A stretch of 64,000 nt of DNA from Gammaproteobacteria bacterium. Lineage in GTDB: Bacteria > Pseudomonadota > Gammaproteobacteria > Pseudomonadales > Halieaceae. The first letter of the stretch is position 1, and each line of letters begins with the position of its first letter. A program made the translations under genes and the position numbers. The notes beneath the pieces are model-generated. The model had not been told where the DNA came from, searched no databases, and saw only the letters and a program-made list of their open reading frames with translations. The stretch is taken from NCBI GenBank assembly GCA_030426545.1, contig JAUHYL010000012.1:5637-69636 (forward strand). Direction: 5' to 3'. This document shows positions 1 to 10,070 of this stretch, one piece after another.

Positions 1-1
1 T

Positions 2-373
2 GCCAGCCGTTACGTTTACCGCACACCGCGCAGCTACATTCAGGAGACTGTAACGGAGTGGAATGACGGGGAAGGTTTTCTGATCCGCCTGCACAAAGGC
101 GACCAACCCGCACCGCCATTCAAGTCTGCCTGGTTTCGTTACCAGCTGAAAGACGGAGCAACGCCGGACACCACCGTGTTCACCGCCAGCATGGGCTACG
201 AGCTACCCTGGGGCGGTTTCGGCCGCTGGCTGGGTAAACGCATGTCCGGATTTGTGCAGAAGACTATCGCCGACGTGGCCACGAGTATGAAGCTCTACTA
301 TGAAACGGGCACTGCGACGACACCGCAGGCGCTGAAACACTACAAACAAACCGCACGCAGCGATTCGGCATAG
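2..373 (+). CDS. SRPBCC/START-fold (polyketide cyclase-like) protein, 5'-truncated by window edge
   Basis: The frame of ORF 176..373 is open back to base 2 (ASRYVYRTPRSYIQETVTEWNDGEGFLIRLH...). The pattern 'ETVTEW..GEGF', 'MGYELPWGGFGRWL' and a C-terminal helix 'SMKLYYETG' is typical of SRPBCC proteins. Confidence 0.6.
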   Translation, partial: ASRYVYRTPRSYIQETVTEWNDGEGFLIRLHKGDQPAPPFKSAWFRYQLKDGATPDTTVFTASMGYELPWGGFGRWLGKRMSGFVQKTIADVATSMKLYYETGTATTPQALKHYKQTARSDSA

Positions 374-507
374 CGCCTATGCCGCGGATACAGCGCCGCT
401 TTGTCCGCAGTGAGATACACCCGGATGGCCTGAATTCGCCATTGCTTGTTCAATACGTAAACCCCGGTTTGCATCGCTGAAAACCCCACCCGCGGTAAAC
501 CCGGCGC

Positions 508-535
508 AAAAAAAAATCCGGGCCAGGCCCGGATT
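508..535 (-). terminator. Rho-independent terminator of the TonB-dependent receptor gene
   Basis: Perfect inverted repeat AATCCGGGCC-A-GGCCCGGATT (515-535) abuts an A run (508-516) that reads as a U tract on the minus strand, about 25 nt after the stop at 559. Confidence 0.8.
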
Positions 536-558
536 CAAATTTGCGCCTAAGCGCCCGC

Positions 559-2862
559 TCAGAAATTGTACGTCGCGGTTATACCGATAGTTTGCGCAGG
601 TGTCAGGCTGATCTCGTTGTAGCCGCCCACCAGCGGTGTCTTGGCCAGCACACCGTCCTCGTCAAAGGCGTTCTTGACGAACAATTGTGCGCTCCAGGTC
701 TGGTTGCGCAGGCCTGCGTAGAGATCGACCACGGAGAAGCTGTTGGTATCCAGGCGCCCCGCGATATCGCCCGGTGCCTCGGTTTCACCCTTGTAGCTCC
801 ACAGGCCACTGACATAGAAGTCGCTGCCCAGCACGAGATCGTTCCAGGTGTATTCACTCTGCAACACGCCAGTCCATTCGGGCTGCGCACTGGCGACTTC
901 ACCGTCGGCGTCACAACTGTTGAAGCGGTTGTCCGGGCCGACTGGCGCCTGACTCGGATCCGTACAGGGGACTGTGCCATCAGTGAATTCGACGGTGGCG
1001 TAGGTTACACCGGCGTACAGCATCCACGCATCGGTCACCAGCATACGGAAGTCTGCTTCAAAGCCCTTCTGCACCGCTTCGTCTACGTTAACAAAGGGCG
1101 CATTGGTTGGGATTTCGACGGCACCGGTCACTGTATTGAACGCGGTGAGGCCAACAGCCTGGGTCTGGTAATCCTCATAGATGCTGTAGAAAACCGCGGC
1201 GGTGTAACGTGCACGGCCATCGAACAGATCGCCCTTGGCGCCGAATTCGATGCTGTCCACGGACTCACCTTCATAGAAATTCAGGTCTGGCTGAAAGACA
1301 CCTGTCGTATCGAAGTTGGGCGCACCCGGACGGAAGCCGTGGTCATAGGTTCCATAGACTTTCACCGCATCGCTGAAGTAGTGTGAGAGTTTTACCGTAC
1401 CGGTCCACTCGTCCCAGCCAAAATCACCTGCGCCTGAGTTACAGGGCGCGGGCATGCCGTCGATACAGGGGAACACATCCTCAAAAGGCGGAATCACCGG
1501 GTCAGTCACTTCGCCGCCGGGATTGATCGTGGAGCCAACATAGAAGTCACCCGTCAGTACCGTGCTGTCGGTCTGGTCGAATTCGTTGTAGCGCAGACCC
1601 ACTACCAGTTCGGTATCTTCCGTGAGGGCAAAGGTGTTGTGGGTGAATATCGCCTTGGTCTCAGTTTCCAGCGGAATATCGATAATGACGTTGAACACGC
1701 CACCGTCGCTCTGCCGGTTGGCGAAGGTGTTAACCGCGGTCACCGACTCGGCTTCCTGGTAATAGGCACCCACCGTCCAGTCCCAGAAATCGAATGCGGA
1801 ACCTGAAACACGCAGTTCGTGCTGCAGCGCACCCCAGTCATCACCGTACTTTGTTTCCTGCTCCAGCAATACCGACGGCAGATCGGTGCGGTCGGAATCC
1901 TGGGTAATTTCTAGATCAGAACTCAGGTTGCCGGTGAACCACTGAATATCCACATCGCCAATGCTCCAGTTAAGGTGCAAGGTGGTAAACAGCTCTTCAC
2001 GCTTGATCACCTCGCTGGGCGCGTCTGCGACGGCTGCACGATCGCTCGCATCCACATTGAATGCGGCACTGGGATCATGCCCGGGTCTGCCCGGTGCAAT
2101 GGTCTCAACCGCGCGATAGATGTCCGAATCCTCGGTCTCCATGTAGGCGACGCCCAACTTGGCGGAGAAGGTGTCGGTAGGTTCCCACAGCAGCTTGGCG
2201 CGCAGACCGTCCCGGTTGCGCTCTTCATCAAGCTTGTTGACGGGGTTTACATTTTCCAGGCCGGTTTCACGATCATCAGTCAGGCCCGCAAAGCGCACCG
2301 CGAGGTTGTCCATCAGCGGCACATTGACGCCGCCCTGCAGGTTGTAGCCCGCTGGGTCTGCCAGGTAGCTGCCCTGTACATACCCGTTGACGCCATCGAA
2401 ATTCGGATCCTGGGACTTCAACACCAGTGCGCCCGTGGGTGAGGGCTGACCGTACAGCGTACCCTGCGGGCCGCGCAGGATTTGCACGCTGCCCATGTCG
2501 AACATGCTGGACAGCGCAAATGCGGCCTGAGACGCCATGAAGTAGTCATCCATGTACACACCAACCCGGGAAGGCGCGCTCTGCTGCTGGAACGTGCCCA
2601 GGCCACGCAGGCCAACACCCACAGCACTGTCGCCCTGGAAGCGAATCTCGAGGCCGGTCACCAGGCGATTCAGTTCATCCGCCTGGAAGAAGGACAAATC
2701 CTGGATTTCCTGGCCACTGACCAGCGACACTGCTACCGGCGCGTCAGTCAGGGTTTCCTCTTTCTTCTGGGCGGTCACGATCACCTCTTCCAGCATCTGG
2801 GCGCTGGATACGGCGGGGGCTAGTGTGATGGCAACTGCGAGTGCGAGCGGTGTGCGCTTCAT
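559..2862 (-). CDS. TonB-dependent outer-membrane receptor
   Basis: 767 aa; signal peptide, TonB box 'LEEVIVTAQK', plug motif 'VQILRGPQGTLYGQ', C-terminal 'ATYNF'. Confidence 0.95.
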   Translation of the reverse strand: MKRTPLALAVAITLAPAVSSAQMLEEVIVTAQKKEETLTDAPVAVSLVSGQEIQDLSFFQADELNRLVTGLEIRFQGDSAVGVGLRGLGTFQQQSAPSRVGVYMDDYFMASQAAFALSSMFDMGSVQILRGPQGTLYGQPSPTGALVLKSQDPNFDGVNGYVQGSYLADPAGYNLQGGVNVPLMDNLAVRFAGLTDDRETGLENVNPVNKLDEERNRDGLRAKLLWEPTDTFSAKLGVAYMETEDSDIYRAVETIAPGRPGHDPSAAFNVDASDRAAVADAPSEVIKREELFTTLHLNWSIGDVDIQWFTGNLSSDLEITQDSDRTDLPSVLLEQETKYGDDWGALQHELRVSGSAFDFWDWTVGAYYQEAESVTAVNTFANRQSDGGVFNVIIDIPLETETKAIFTHNTFALTEDTELVVGLRYNEFDQTDSTVLTGDFYVGSTINPGGEVTDPVIPPFEDVFPCIDGMPAPCNSGAGDFGWDEWTGTVKLSHYFSDAVKVYGTYDHGFRPGAPNFDTTGVFQPDLNFYEGESVDSIEFGAKGDLFDGRARYTAAVFYSIYEDYQTQAVGLTAFNTVTGAVEIPTNAPFVNVDEAVQKGFEADFRMLVTDAWMLYAGVTYATVEFTDGTVPCTDPSQAPVGPDNRFNSCDADGEVASAQPEWTGVLQSEYTWNDLVLGSDFYVSGLWSYKGETEAPGDIAGRLDTNSFSVVDLYAGLRNQTWSAQLFVKNAFDEDGVLAKTPLVGGYNEISLTPAQTIGITATYNF

Positions 2863-3156
2863 ATCGTTTCTCCAATTGAATTGCGGGCGTTACTTAGAGT
2901 TTTATCCGTGCAGAATCATAGGAAATTGGCGGGCACAGCTGAACCGCATAATCTGCCAGTTTCATTAGCCTTATCGGTCATAAAATCACGCCAGATAGCG
3001 CGGGGGAATATCGGGTTGCGCCGACGCGCCAAATGCCTCAGCGAAACGCGAATACAGCGATCAAAGCCGCCATGACAGCGGTATCACGGGAAGGCGGGGA
3101 ATGGCCTGATCAGGGGCCTCCAGACGACCACTGGGCCTGCGGCGCTAACAGGGCAA

Positions 3157-4068
3157 TCAGGCCGCCACGGCGTGGCGCAGCACGGCCCCGTAACCGCGAA
3201 ACACCGGTACCTCACGCAGCGCCTGTTTGCTGCGCAGTGACTCCCGCAACGCTTTCAGACGATAACAGGGCACACTGGCCATGAAGTGGTGTTCCATGTG
3301 GTAGTTCACCCCGTTCGGCGCGAAGATCAGGCGCTGGTACCACGGCGCTTCCACCGTGCGGGTATTTTTGCGTGGATCAGGGTCGTACAGGTCGGGTACG
3401 GCGGCGTGCTCGGCCACCTGCCGCACCCGCACGATGAGCATGAAAACGGTCATGAAGGCGACCGCCCACAGCAGGTAGGTCCAGCCAATGCCGCAGGCCC
3501 AGAGAATGGTAAACAGCACGCACTGCACGAAGATCTGCTGCAGGAAGGGTTTGGCGCTGTCGCGCCTGGCATCGGTGACGATGCCGGAAGCGCCGCGGAA
3601 GATAAACGAAATCAGCTTGAAGCCCGTCTGTCCGCTGAGATCGCGCCAGACCTTGCGCCTGAAGCTCTCCTTGGACACCGGATAGCTCTGGTAGTTGGGC
3701 AGATCCGGGTCCTCGTGGCTACCGGCTTTGCGATGGTGCTCCAGGTGGCCGCGCGCGTAGGACGGCTGATCACTCATGACCGGCAGCGCACATAACCACT
3801 GGCCGATCACGTCGTTCAGCCGCTGACTCTTGAACAAGGTGCGGTGGCCGCAGTCGTGCATCAGCACCGACAGGCCCAACTGGCGACCCGCCAGCAATAT
3901 GATCGCGGCCACGATCGTGACCGGGTTCGGGTAGGCACCGACCACTGCGAAGATTGCCGCGATAAAGGCCCAGTTGCCCAGCACCAGGCGCCAGGCATGC
4001 CAATCGCTCTTCGAAGTGAAGTAGGCCACTTCATCGCGGGACAGATAGTCACTGACTTTCATAATCAC
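3157..4068 (-). CDS. Membrane fatty acid desaturase-family protein
   Basis: Three His boxes (HDCGH, HLEHH, HMEHH) plus hydrophobic segments. Confidence 0.9.
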   Translation of the reverse strand: MIMKVSDYLSRDEVAYFTSKSDWHAWRLVLGNWAFIAAIFAVVGAYPNPVTIVAAIILLAGRQLGLSVLMHDCGHRTLFKSQRLNDVIGQWLCALPVMSDQPSYARGHLEHHRKAGSHEDPDLPNYQSYPVSKESFRRKVWRDLSGQTGFKLISFIFRGASGIVTDARRDSAKPFLQQIFVQCVLFTILWACGIGWTYLLWAVAFMTVFMLIVRVRQVAEHAAVPDLYDPDPRKNTRTVEAPWYQRLIFAPNGVNYHMEHHFMASVPCYRLKALRESLRSKQALREVPVFRGYGAVLRHAVAA

Positions 4069-4254
4069 ACCACTACGGCGCCCGCGTCGAAGGCGCGCAC
4101 TATCACTGACAAGCCTAATTATAGGCCCAACAGCACCGCCTTGCGCATGCGCTAACGCGCCAGTGTTTTGCGATTGCGCGACACATTCTCTCCCGATAGC
4201 TGTGTCACCTCAGAAAGCGACACAAGTCGCACAGCAACCGCGCTGGGGCATGGC

Positions 4255-5007
4255 CTACCCCAGAAACGCCTGCCCGCCGTCCAGGGCGATGCTCTGGCCA
4301 TTCACATACCCTGAACCATCACTGCACAACAGGGCCACGAAACGACCGATATCAGCCTCACACTCGCCCACGCGGCGCTGCGGAATACTTGCCACAAACT
4401 CGGCGGCCTCTTCCGGGTAGTTCTCCATCCACCAGGCGAGGCCGGGAGACTTCGCGTGGGGCAGTATCACGTTGGTACGAATACCCTCCGGGCCCCACTC
4501 ACAGGCGGCCGCGCGCGTCAGGGAACGTATCGCTTCCTTGGTCGCGGCGTAGGCGCCGTAACCGGTCATATCCCAGCGCTTGGCCGCACTGCTGGCGAGA
4601 TTAACAATACACCCGCCCTCGCCCAGGTGCGGCCGGCACAGCTTCATCAGGCGCAGGGTTGCCACCGGCCCCGATTCCAGGCCCGCCATGAAGCTCTCGT
4701 CGGTGACCTCATCCAGCGTCCCCAGCGGCACTTCCTGGGCGTTGTTAACCAGGATATCCACGGTACCGAAGTGGGCGACGACTGCGTCCACGCAGGCGCG
4801 CAATGAGTCGGCTGACTTCACGTCACACTGAACCGGGTGAGCGTCGCCGCCGCGCTCTGCGATCAGGTCGCAGGTTGCCTGCAGCTTTTCCAGCGTGCGG
4901 CCGGTCACGGCAATGCGTGCACCTTCCGCCGCCAGCGCCAGGGCGATCCCCTGCCCCACACCCTGTCCAGCACCGGTTACCAATGCTACTCGATCTGCCA
5001 ACAACAT
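4255..5007 (-). CDS. SDR family oxidoreductase
   Basis: TGAGQGVG Rossmann motif, NNA, YAATK catalytic motif. Confidence 0.95.
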   Translation of the reverse strand: MLLADRVALVTGAGQGVGQGIALALAAEGARIAVTGRTLEKLQATCDLIAERGGDAHPVQCDVKSADSLRACVDAVVAHFGTVDILVNNAQEVPLGTLDEVTDESFMAGLESGPVATLRLMKLCRPHLGEGGCIVNLASSAAKRWDMTGYGAYAATKEAIRSLTRAAACEWGPEGIRTNVILPHAKSPGLAWWMENYPEEAAEFVASIPQRRVGECEADIGRFVALLCSDGSGYVNGQSIALDGGQAFLG

Positions 5008-5083
5008 AGATTTACCTCCTCAACCTGTTGCAATCACTGCCGTAAGTCACAGTATGTGCCATCCAGCGCTTGCTGCCTGTGAC

Positions 5084-5100
5084 GTCAACCGCCAGTTGAC
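5084..5100. promoter_or_regulatory. Possible operator: GTCAAC-N5-GTTGAC inverted repeat between divergent SDR genes
   Basis: 6-bp inverted repeat seen in the divergent intergenic region 5008-5296; no cognate regulator is adjacent. Confidence 0.3.
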
Positions 5101-5296
5101 TTGATGTTTGCGTCCAACTTGAAACGTCTCTGAATGCTGACAGTTTTTGCCCACCATCTTGGCGTTATCGGCACTGTCTCCGGGGCCATCAGGTAATACC
5201 ATAGGCGATAAATCCAAAGCCGGGTTGGCCACCGCCACCTCGGCGCATCGCCACTGACTATCACAGCGGCCTCACGCGCAGACCAGGGAGTGAATC

Positions 5297-6055
5297 ATGG
5301 GACTTCTCGACAACAAGGTGGGCATAGTGACCGGGGCAGGCCAGGGAATAGGCCGGGCCATTGCCATCGCCTGCGCACGCGAAGGCGCCGCGGTCGTCGT
5401 CTCGGACTTCAACGAAGAAACCGGTGAGGCAACGGCCGAGGCCATTCGCTCAGCGGGCGGAGAAGCCAGCTTTGTGTTCGGTGACGTCAGCAAGGAGGAG
5501 TCGGTCCAGGCCATGGTGGAACAAGCCATCAGCCGCCACGGGCGCCTGGATATCGCCTGCAACAGCGCCGCCCTGTCACGTGGCTCGGGCCCGATTCACG
5601 AGTACACCCGGGAGGTGTTCGACGAAACGCTGGCCATGTGCCTGACCAACACCTGGTTGTGCATGAAGTACGAAATACCGGCAATGCTGGCCAACGGCGG
5701 CGGCGCCATCGTCAACATCTCGTCGAACGCCTCGCTGCGCGGCCAGGCGTTCAACACGGCCTACGCCGCCGCCAAAAGTGGCGTCAATCTGCTGACCAAG
5801 AGCTCTGCTGCTGAATACGGCAGCCAGGGTATTCGCATCAACGCGGTGTCGCCGGGCGTCATTCGCACACCGGGCGTGGAAAAGTATTTTGAGGAGCAGC
5901 CGAAAATGGCCGAGGGACTGAAAAAAGCCGCCGCCATGAATCGCCTGGGAGAGCCCGAGGAAATTGCCGAGGCGGTGGTCTTCCTGTGCAGCGACAGGGC
6001 CTCGTTCGTCACCGGCCAGATACTGTCGGTGGACGGCGGCGGCGCGGTCAAGTAG
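5297..6055 (+). CDS. SDR family oxidoreductase (likely NAD-dependent)
   Basis: TGAGQGIG, acidic residue after beta2 (SDFN), YAAAK, RINAVSPG. Confidence 0.95.
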   Translation: MGLLDNKVGIVTGAGQGIGRAIAIACAREGAAVVVSDFNEETGEATAEAIRSAGGEASFVFGDVSKEESVQAMVEQAISRHGRLDIACNSAALSRGSGPIHEYTREVFDETLAMCLTNTWLCMKYEIPAMLANGGGAIVNISSNASLRGQAFNTAYAAAKSGVNLLTKSSAAEYGSQGIRINAVSPGVIRTPGVEKYFEEQPKMAEGLKKAAAMNRLGEPEEIAEAVVFLCSDRASFVTGQILSVDGGGAVK

Positions 6056-6107
6056 AACGCCGTCGCACCCTCGATGACGCCCGGGTGTTCGATCCGGGCC
6101 GCTCTGC

Positions 6108-7040
6108 TCAGCCGGCGGCCTTGAGCACATCCGGCGCCAGATTTTCCAGCATTGCGCGCACGCCTTCGCGCCAGTCAACGCGGGTCTCGCCGATCAGCTC
6201 GTGCATGCGTGTGGTATCTATACACAGGCTGCCGAAGGCCCTGGGATTCTCCGCGAAGACCGGCTCCAGCCCGGTCAGCTCTGTGATGTAAGCACACCAC
6301 TCTTCTATGCTGACTTTTTGCGAACCGCCGAAGTTCAGGGTCGTTACCTCGGCGGTTGCCGCGCCCAGCAGGTACGGTATTTTCTCAATGTAATCGCGCG
6401 CGTGCAGCGGGTTGTAGTAATTCGGCTTGTCCGGGTGCAGTTCAATGGGCACCCCGCCCTGCATCATCAGCATGTGGTAGTACATCCAGCCGCCGTTGTC
6501 GCCGTAGGGCACGCTGAGGCGCGCGATGGTGGTGGGCATACCCTGCTGGTGCGCGACAAATTTGCACACGGTTTCCGCGGCGATCTTGGAAATGCTGTAG
6601 GTTGGAAACATCACCCGGTGATTGTCCCCCAGCGGCGCATCCTCAGCTCGCGGTTCATGCCCGGCGTATTCGTACACCGCGGTCGAGGAAAAGTGCACAA
6701 ACGCCCTGGCATTCTTGCAGCGCAGCATGAGGTTACCCACGCCCTCGGCGTTGGCGGCCAGGTCGTAATCAAAGTCGCCGCTTTTCACCACGGCGAAGTT
6801 GAGCACGTAGTCAATATCCTCCGGCACGGCGTCGAGGCTCGCCGCGTCCGCGAGATCAGCCGCGATCACCGTTGCACCCAGCGCCTCTATCCTGTCGCGG
6901 TCTTCCTGCTTGCGGAAACGCGCCAGGGCGTACACATCGGCGATGCGGGCGAAGTGCTCCACTACCGGCAGGGCCACCTGGCCCGTGGGGCCGGTTATCA
7001 GCAACTTACTGTTTTTCAGGTCAACGGGGGATACGGGCAT
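6108..7040 (-). CDS. NAD-dependent epimerase/dehydratase (extended SDR)
   Basis: ITGPTGQVA, FSSTAVY, YSISK, 'RLSVPYG'. Confidence 0.85.
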   Translation of the reverse strand: MPVSPVDLKNSKLLITGPTGQVALPVVEHFARIADVYALARFRKQEDRDRIEALGATVIAADLADAASLDAVPEDIDYVLNFAVVKSGDFDYDLAANAEGVGNLMLRCKNARAFVHFSSTAVYEYAGHEPRAEDAPLGDNHRVMFPTYSISKIAAETVCKFVAHQQGMPTTIARLSVPYGDNGGWMYYHMLMMQGGVPIELHPDKPNYYNPLHARDYIEKIPYLLGAATAEVTTLNFGGSQKVSIEEWCAYITELTGLEPVFAENPRAFGSLCIDTTRMHELIGETRVDWREGVRAMLENLAPDVLKAAG

Positions 7041-7136
7041 GAGGGCCTCTCCGGTTCGGTCTGTGAATTGAATAGTGTTTCCAGTCGTCAGGTCGCAGCG
7101 CCATCGTGTGCAAATTTATGCAACGGCCAATCGAAT

Positions 7137-8207
7137 TCAGTCCGTCGCCGCGGGGTAATCGCTGTAGCCCGCCGCGCCGGGGGAATACAGCGTGCCGGGA
7201 TCGAAGTCTGCCAACGCCCTGCCGTGCTGCCAGCGCTGCACCAGGTCCGGGTTGGCGATAAAGGGTCGGCCAAAGGAAACCGCAGCGGCATCGCCGTCAG
7301 CCACTGCCGCCTGCCCTTCCTCAAAGGTAAAACTCTCATTCAGCACCAGCCGATCACTGCAATGGCGCTGGCCCAGTGCAATATTGTCGACCCGGCCTGA
7401 GGGAAAGCGAATAACGTGCAGATAAGCGGGGTTCATGCGGGCGACTTCCTGCAGCAGGTGGTCAAACGTCTCCTGCGGATTGTCGTCCTGTAGATCATTG
7501 AAGGGATTGTCCGGACAGATTCTAATGCCCACCCGCCCGGGGCCACTGACGCTGATCATTGCCTGCAGGACTTCCAGCGCGAAACGGCATCGGTTCTCGA
7601 CACTGCCACCGTATTCATCCGTGCGGTGGTTGCTGCCCGTGGATAAAAACTGGGCGGGGAGGTAGCCGCTGGTGCAGTGCAATTCCACTGCATCAAAGCC
7701 GGCATCAAACGCGTTGGTCGTTGCGCTGCGATAGTCTTCGACGACGCCGGCGATCTCATCGCCGCGCAGCGCACGCGGCGCGTCCAGCGGCTGCATGCCG
7801 GCCTCGTCGGTGTAGATTTCACCCCGTGCGGCAATGTCAGAGGGCGCAATTGTCTCCGCCCCCTGCGGTTTATTGTAGTGGCTGGACACCCTGCCCACGT
7901 GCATGATCTGCGCGGCGATCATACCGCCCTCTCCGTGCACGGCATCGGTAACCGCGCGCCATGCAGACACCTGCTCATCGCTGTAGATGCCGGGCGTACG
8001 GCAATAACCGAGGCCGGCAGCACTCGGTGCAATCCCCTCCGACACGATCAACCCTGCCCCGGCCCGCTGCCGGTAGTAATCCACCATGACATCGGTGGGC
8101 ACGGCGTTTTTGTCGGCGCGGCTGCGAGTCATGGGCGCCATGATCACGCGGTTTTTCAGTTCCAGCGCGCCAAGACGCAGGGGGGAAAACAAATCGCTCA
8201 TACTCAC
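7137..8207 (-). CDS. Old Yellow Enzyme family alkene reductase (NADH:flavin oxidoreductase)
   Basis: 'NRVIMAPMTRSRA', 'GFDAVELH..SGYL', 'RTDEYGGSVENRCRF', 'FGRPFIANPDL'. Confidence 0.92.
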   Translation of the reverse strand: MSMSDLFSPLRLGALELKNRVIMAPMTRSRADKNAVPTDVMVDYYRQRAGAGLIVSEGIAPSAAGLGYCRTPGIYSDEQVSAWRAVTDAVHGEGGMIAAQIMHVGRVSSHYNKPQGAETIAPSDIAARGEIYTDEAGMQPLDAPRALRGDEIAGVVEDYRSATTNAFDAGFDAVELHCTSGYLPAQFLSTGSNHRTDEYGGSVENRCRFALEVLQAMISVSGPGRVGIRICPDNPFNDLQDDNPQETFDHLLQEVARMNPAYLHVIRFPSGRVDNIALGQRHCSDRLVLNESFTFEEGQAAVADGDAAAVSFGRPFIANPDLVQRWQHGRALADFDPGTLYSPGAAGYSDYPAATD

Positions 8208-8845
8208 CTCACGCGAATCTTTGGCTCGGGCGCACCGCGCCGCATGGTATTCAGAAAATCGTCCAGGGACGCCGGCGGCGCGACCTCGGGCTCGTCACTA
8301 TCCGGCGGGGTAGCCCAGAACGCTTGCCAGCTTGGCCACAGCGCGTGATAGGCACCTTCGTAGGCCTCACGGTCCGGCCAACGCATCTTGTCGGGCCCAA
8401 CGGGCGGCTTGTTCAGGTCTGTGGCATACCAGTAGCAGGGCAGTCGACGCCGAAACAGCCAGCGGCCCTCGATGCGTTCGTAGTTGTCCCAATAGATCAT
8501 CTGCATGATGACCCACTCGGTATCGCCATTGTCGCAGGGCGTTTCGTGTTCGTTCTTGGAATAGACAACGCCGTGGGCATGGTCAGCATCGTCAAATTCG
8601 ATGATGTGATTGCCGATGTGGTGCGACGTTCCCGTGAACTGTTGCCGCAGGGTATCGTCCAGCCAGCGCTTCAGGTGCGCGCGCCCTGTTTTTTCGCGGC
8701 TGACGCGGATATCCGGGGCAAACAGGTTGACGTGGGCGTCCAGGTCACGCATGTCCAGCGACAGGGAATACCGCGCGGCCAGCTGACGAATTTCATCCAG
8801 GGATTCCAGGCGATCCAGGCGTGCGAGAAGGTCGGTGTCTGTCAT
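8204..8845 (-). CDS. NTF2/SnoaL-like protein (LinA/BaiE-like dehydratase fold)
   Basis: 'DEIRQLAARYSLSLDMRD', 'TSHHIGNHIIEF', 'YWDNYERIEGRWLF..R'; 4-nt overlap with the OYE gene. Confidence 0.8.
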   Translation of the reverse strand: MTDTDLLARLDRLESLDEIRQLAARYSLSLDMRDLDAHVNLFAPDIRVSREKTGRAHLKRWLDDTLRQQFTGTSHHIGNHIIEFDDADHAHGVVYSKNEHETPCDNGDTEWVIMQMIYWDNYERIEGRWLFRRRLPCYWYATDLNKPPVGPDKMRWPDREAYEGAYHALWPSWQAFWATPPDSDEPEVAPPASLDDFLNTMRRGAPEPKIRVR

Positions 8846-8895
8846 TGCGGACTCCTGTTTGCGTTAGGGCAACTGCAATTGCGACGCGCGGTTAA

Positions 8896-10068
8896 TCACG
8901 CCGCACCGAGTATCATTGCGCCGGTCGGCACACCCACGCCGCTGCTGACCAATACGTGCTCCACAGATTTCGGCGGCTGGTTGACCGATTCTCCGCGCAC
9001 CAGACGCACCGCCTCGGCGATGTTGTTCATGCCGTGGATGTAGCCCTCTGAGAGCAGGCCACCGTGTGTGTTGTTGGGCAGACGCCCGTCGATATCCAGC
9101 GCACCGTCGCGCACCAGCTCCTTGCCTTCTCCGGCACCACAGAAACCAAAACTCTCCAGTTGCATGATGATCTCGGAAGTAAACGCATCGTACAGGCAGG
9201 CGGCGTCGATAGCATCCGGACCGAGGCCCGACATCGCGTAGACACGCGAGGCCGCCAGCTCCATTTCCGGCAGCGTGTCCATCTGGTCGCGGTAGTAGCT
9301 GGTCATCTGTTCCTGTCCCCGGCTGCTCGCCTGGGTGACCGCACGAATAACTGCGGGCCTGGTGCGGAGATCCCGTGCGCGCTCACTGCTGGTGACCAGT
9401 ATCGCGCAACCGCCATCGGTTTCCTGGCAGAAGTCGTACAGGCACAGCGGGTAGGCGATGGGATCGCGCGCCAGGTAAGTTTGCATATCCAGCGGCTTAC
9501 CGTAGCCAGCCGCGCGCGGATTGTTCAACGCGTAGTTGCGTTGCGAGATTGCTACCCGGCCAAGATCTTCGCGGGTTACGCCGTAGCGGTGCATATACTT
9601 GTGCGCGATCATCGCGATCCATGAGCCCGGAATCAGCATGCCGTAGGTCATGTACCAGGACCAGTGCACCAGATCGGAGGTAACAATGTCTCCGGATACA
9701 CCCTGCCCCATGCGCTTGCCGGAGCGGCCGTTCATCGCCCGGTAGCAAACCACGTTCTTCGCCTGGCCCGTGGCGACCGCCATGGCCGCCTGGGCGATGG
9801 TGCCCACGGCAGCGCCGCCGCCGTAGTTAATCTTGGAGAAAAACGTCAAGTCGCCGGCGCCTACTGCGCGTGCCACCTCGATTTCATCCGAGGAATCGAG
9901 CGTATAACTGACGAAGCCATCCAGTTCGGACGGGGCAATGCCGGCGTCTTCGCAGGCTGCCGTCACACATTGCGCCGCCAGGTTCAGTTCCGATACGCCG
10001 GACGCTTTACTGAACTCGGTGACCCCGATGCCGGCAATTGCGGCTTCGTCCTTCAACGAAACAGGCAT
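8896..10068 (-). CDS. Ltp2-type thiolase-fold aldolase ('lipid-transfer protein'), paralog 2
   Basis: SCP-x/Ltp2 pattern; no thiolase nucleophile Cys ('NYGGGAA'); 'LYDAF' and 'HGGLLSEGYIHG' carry the two Tyr residues typical of Ltp2. Confidence 0.85.
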   Translation of the reverse strand: MPVSLKDEAAIAGIGVTEFSKASGVSELNLAAQCVTAACEDAGIAPSELDGFVSYTLDSSDEIEVARAVGAGDLTFFSKINYGGGAAVGTIAQAAMAVATGQAKNVVCYRAMNGRSGKRMGQGVSGDIVTSDLVHWSWYMTYGMLIPGSWIAMIAHKYMHRYGVTREDLGRVAISQRNYALNNPRAAGYGKPLDMQTYLARDPIAYPLCLYDFCQETDGGCAILVTSSERARDLRTRPAVIRAVTQASSRGQEQMTSYYRDQMDTLPEMELAASRVYAMSGLGPDAIDAACLYDAFTSEIIMQLESFGFCGAGEGKELVRDGALDIDGRLPNNTHGGLLSEGYIHGMNNIAEAVRLVRGESVNQPPKSVEHVLVSSGVGVPTGAMILGAA

Positions 10069-10070
10069 TA

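Noticed and set aside
5084-5100. KstR-type operator
   Set aside because: The spacing (AAC-N5-GTT) does not fit TnnAACnnGTTnnA, and no second copy with the same spacing was seen before other steroid genes.
6201-7400. 399-aa plus-strand ORF, and similar long shadows at 541, 10239, 14702, 30444, 41415 and 55704
   Set aside because: All lie opposite well-supported genes and lack recognisable domains or RBS.
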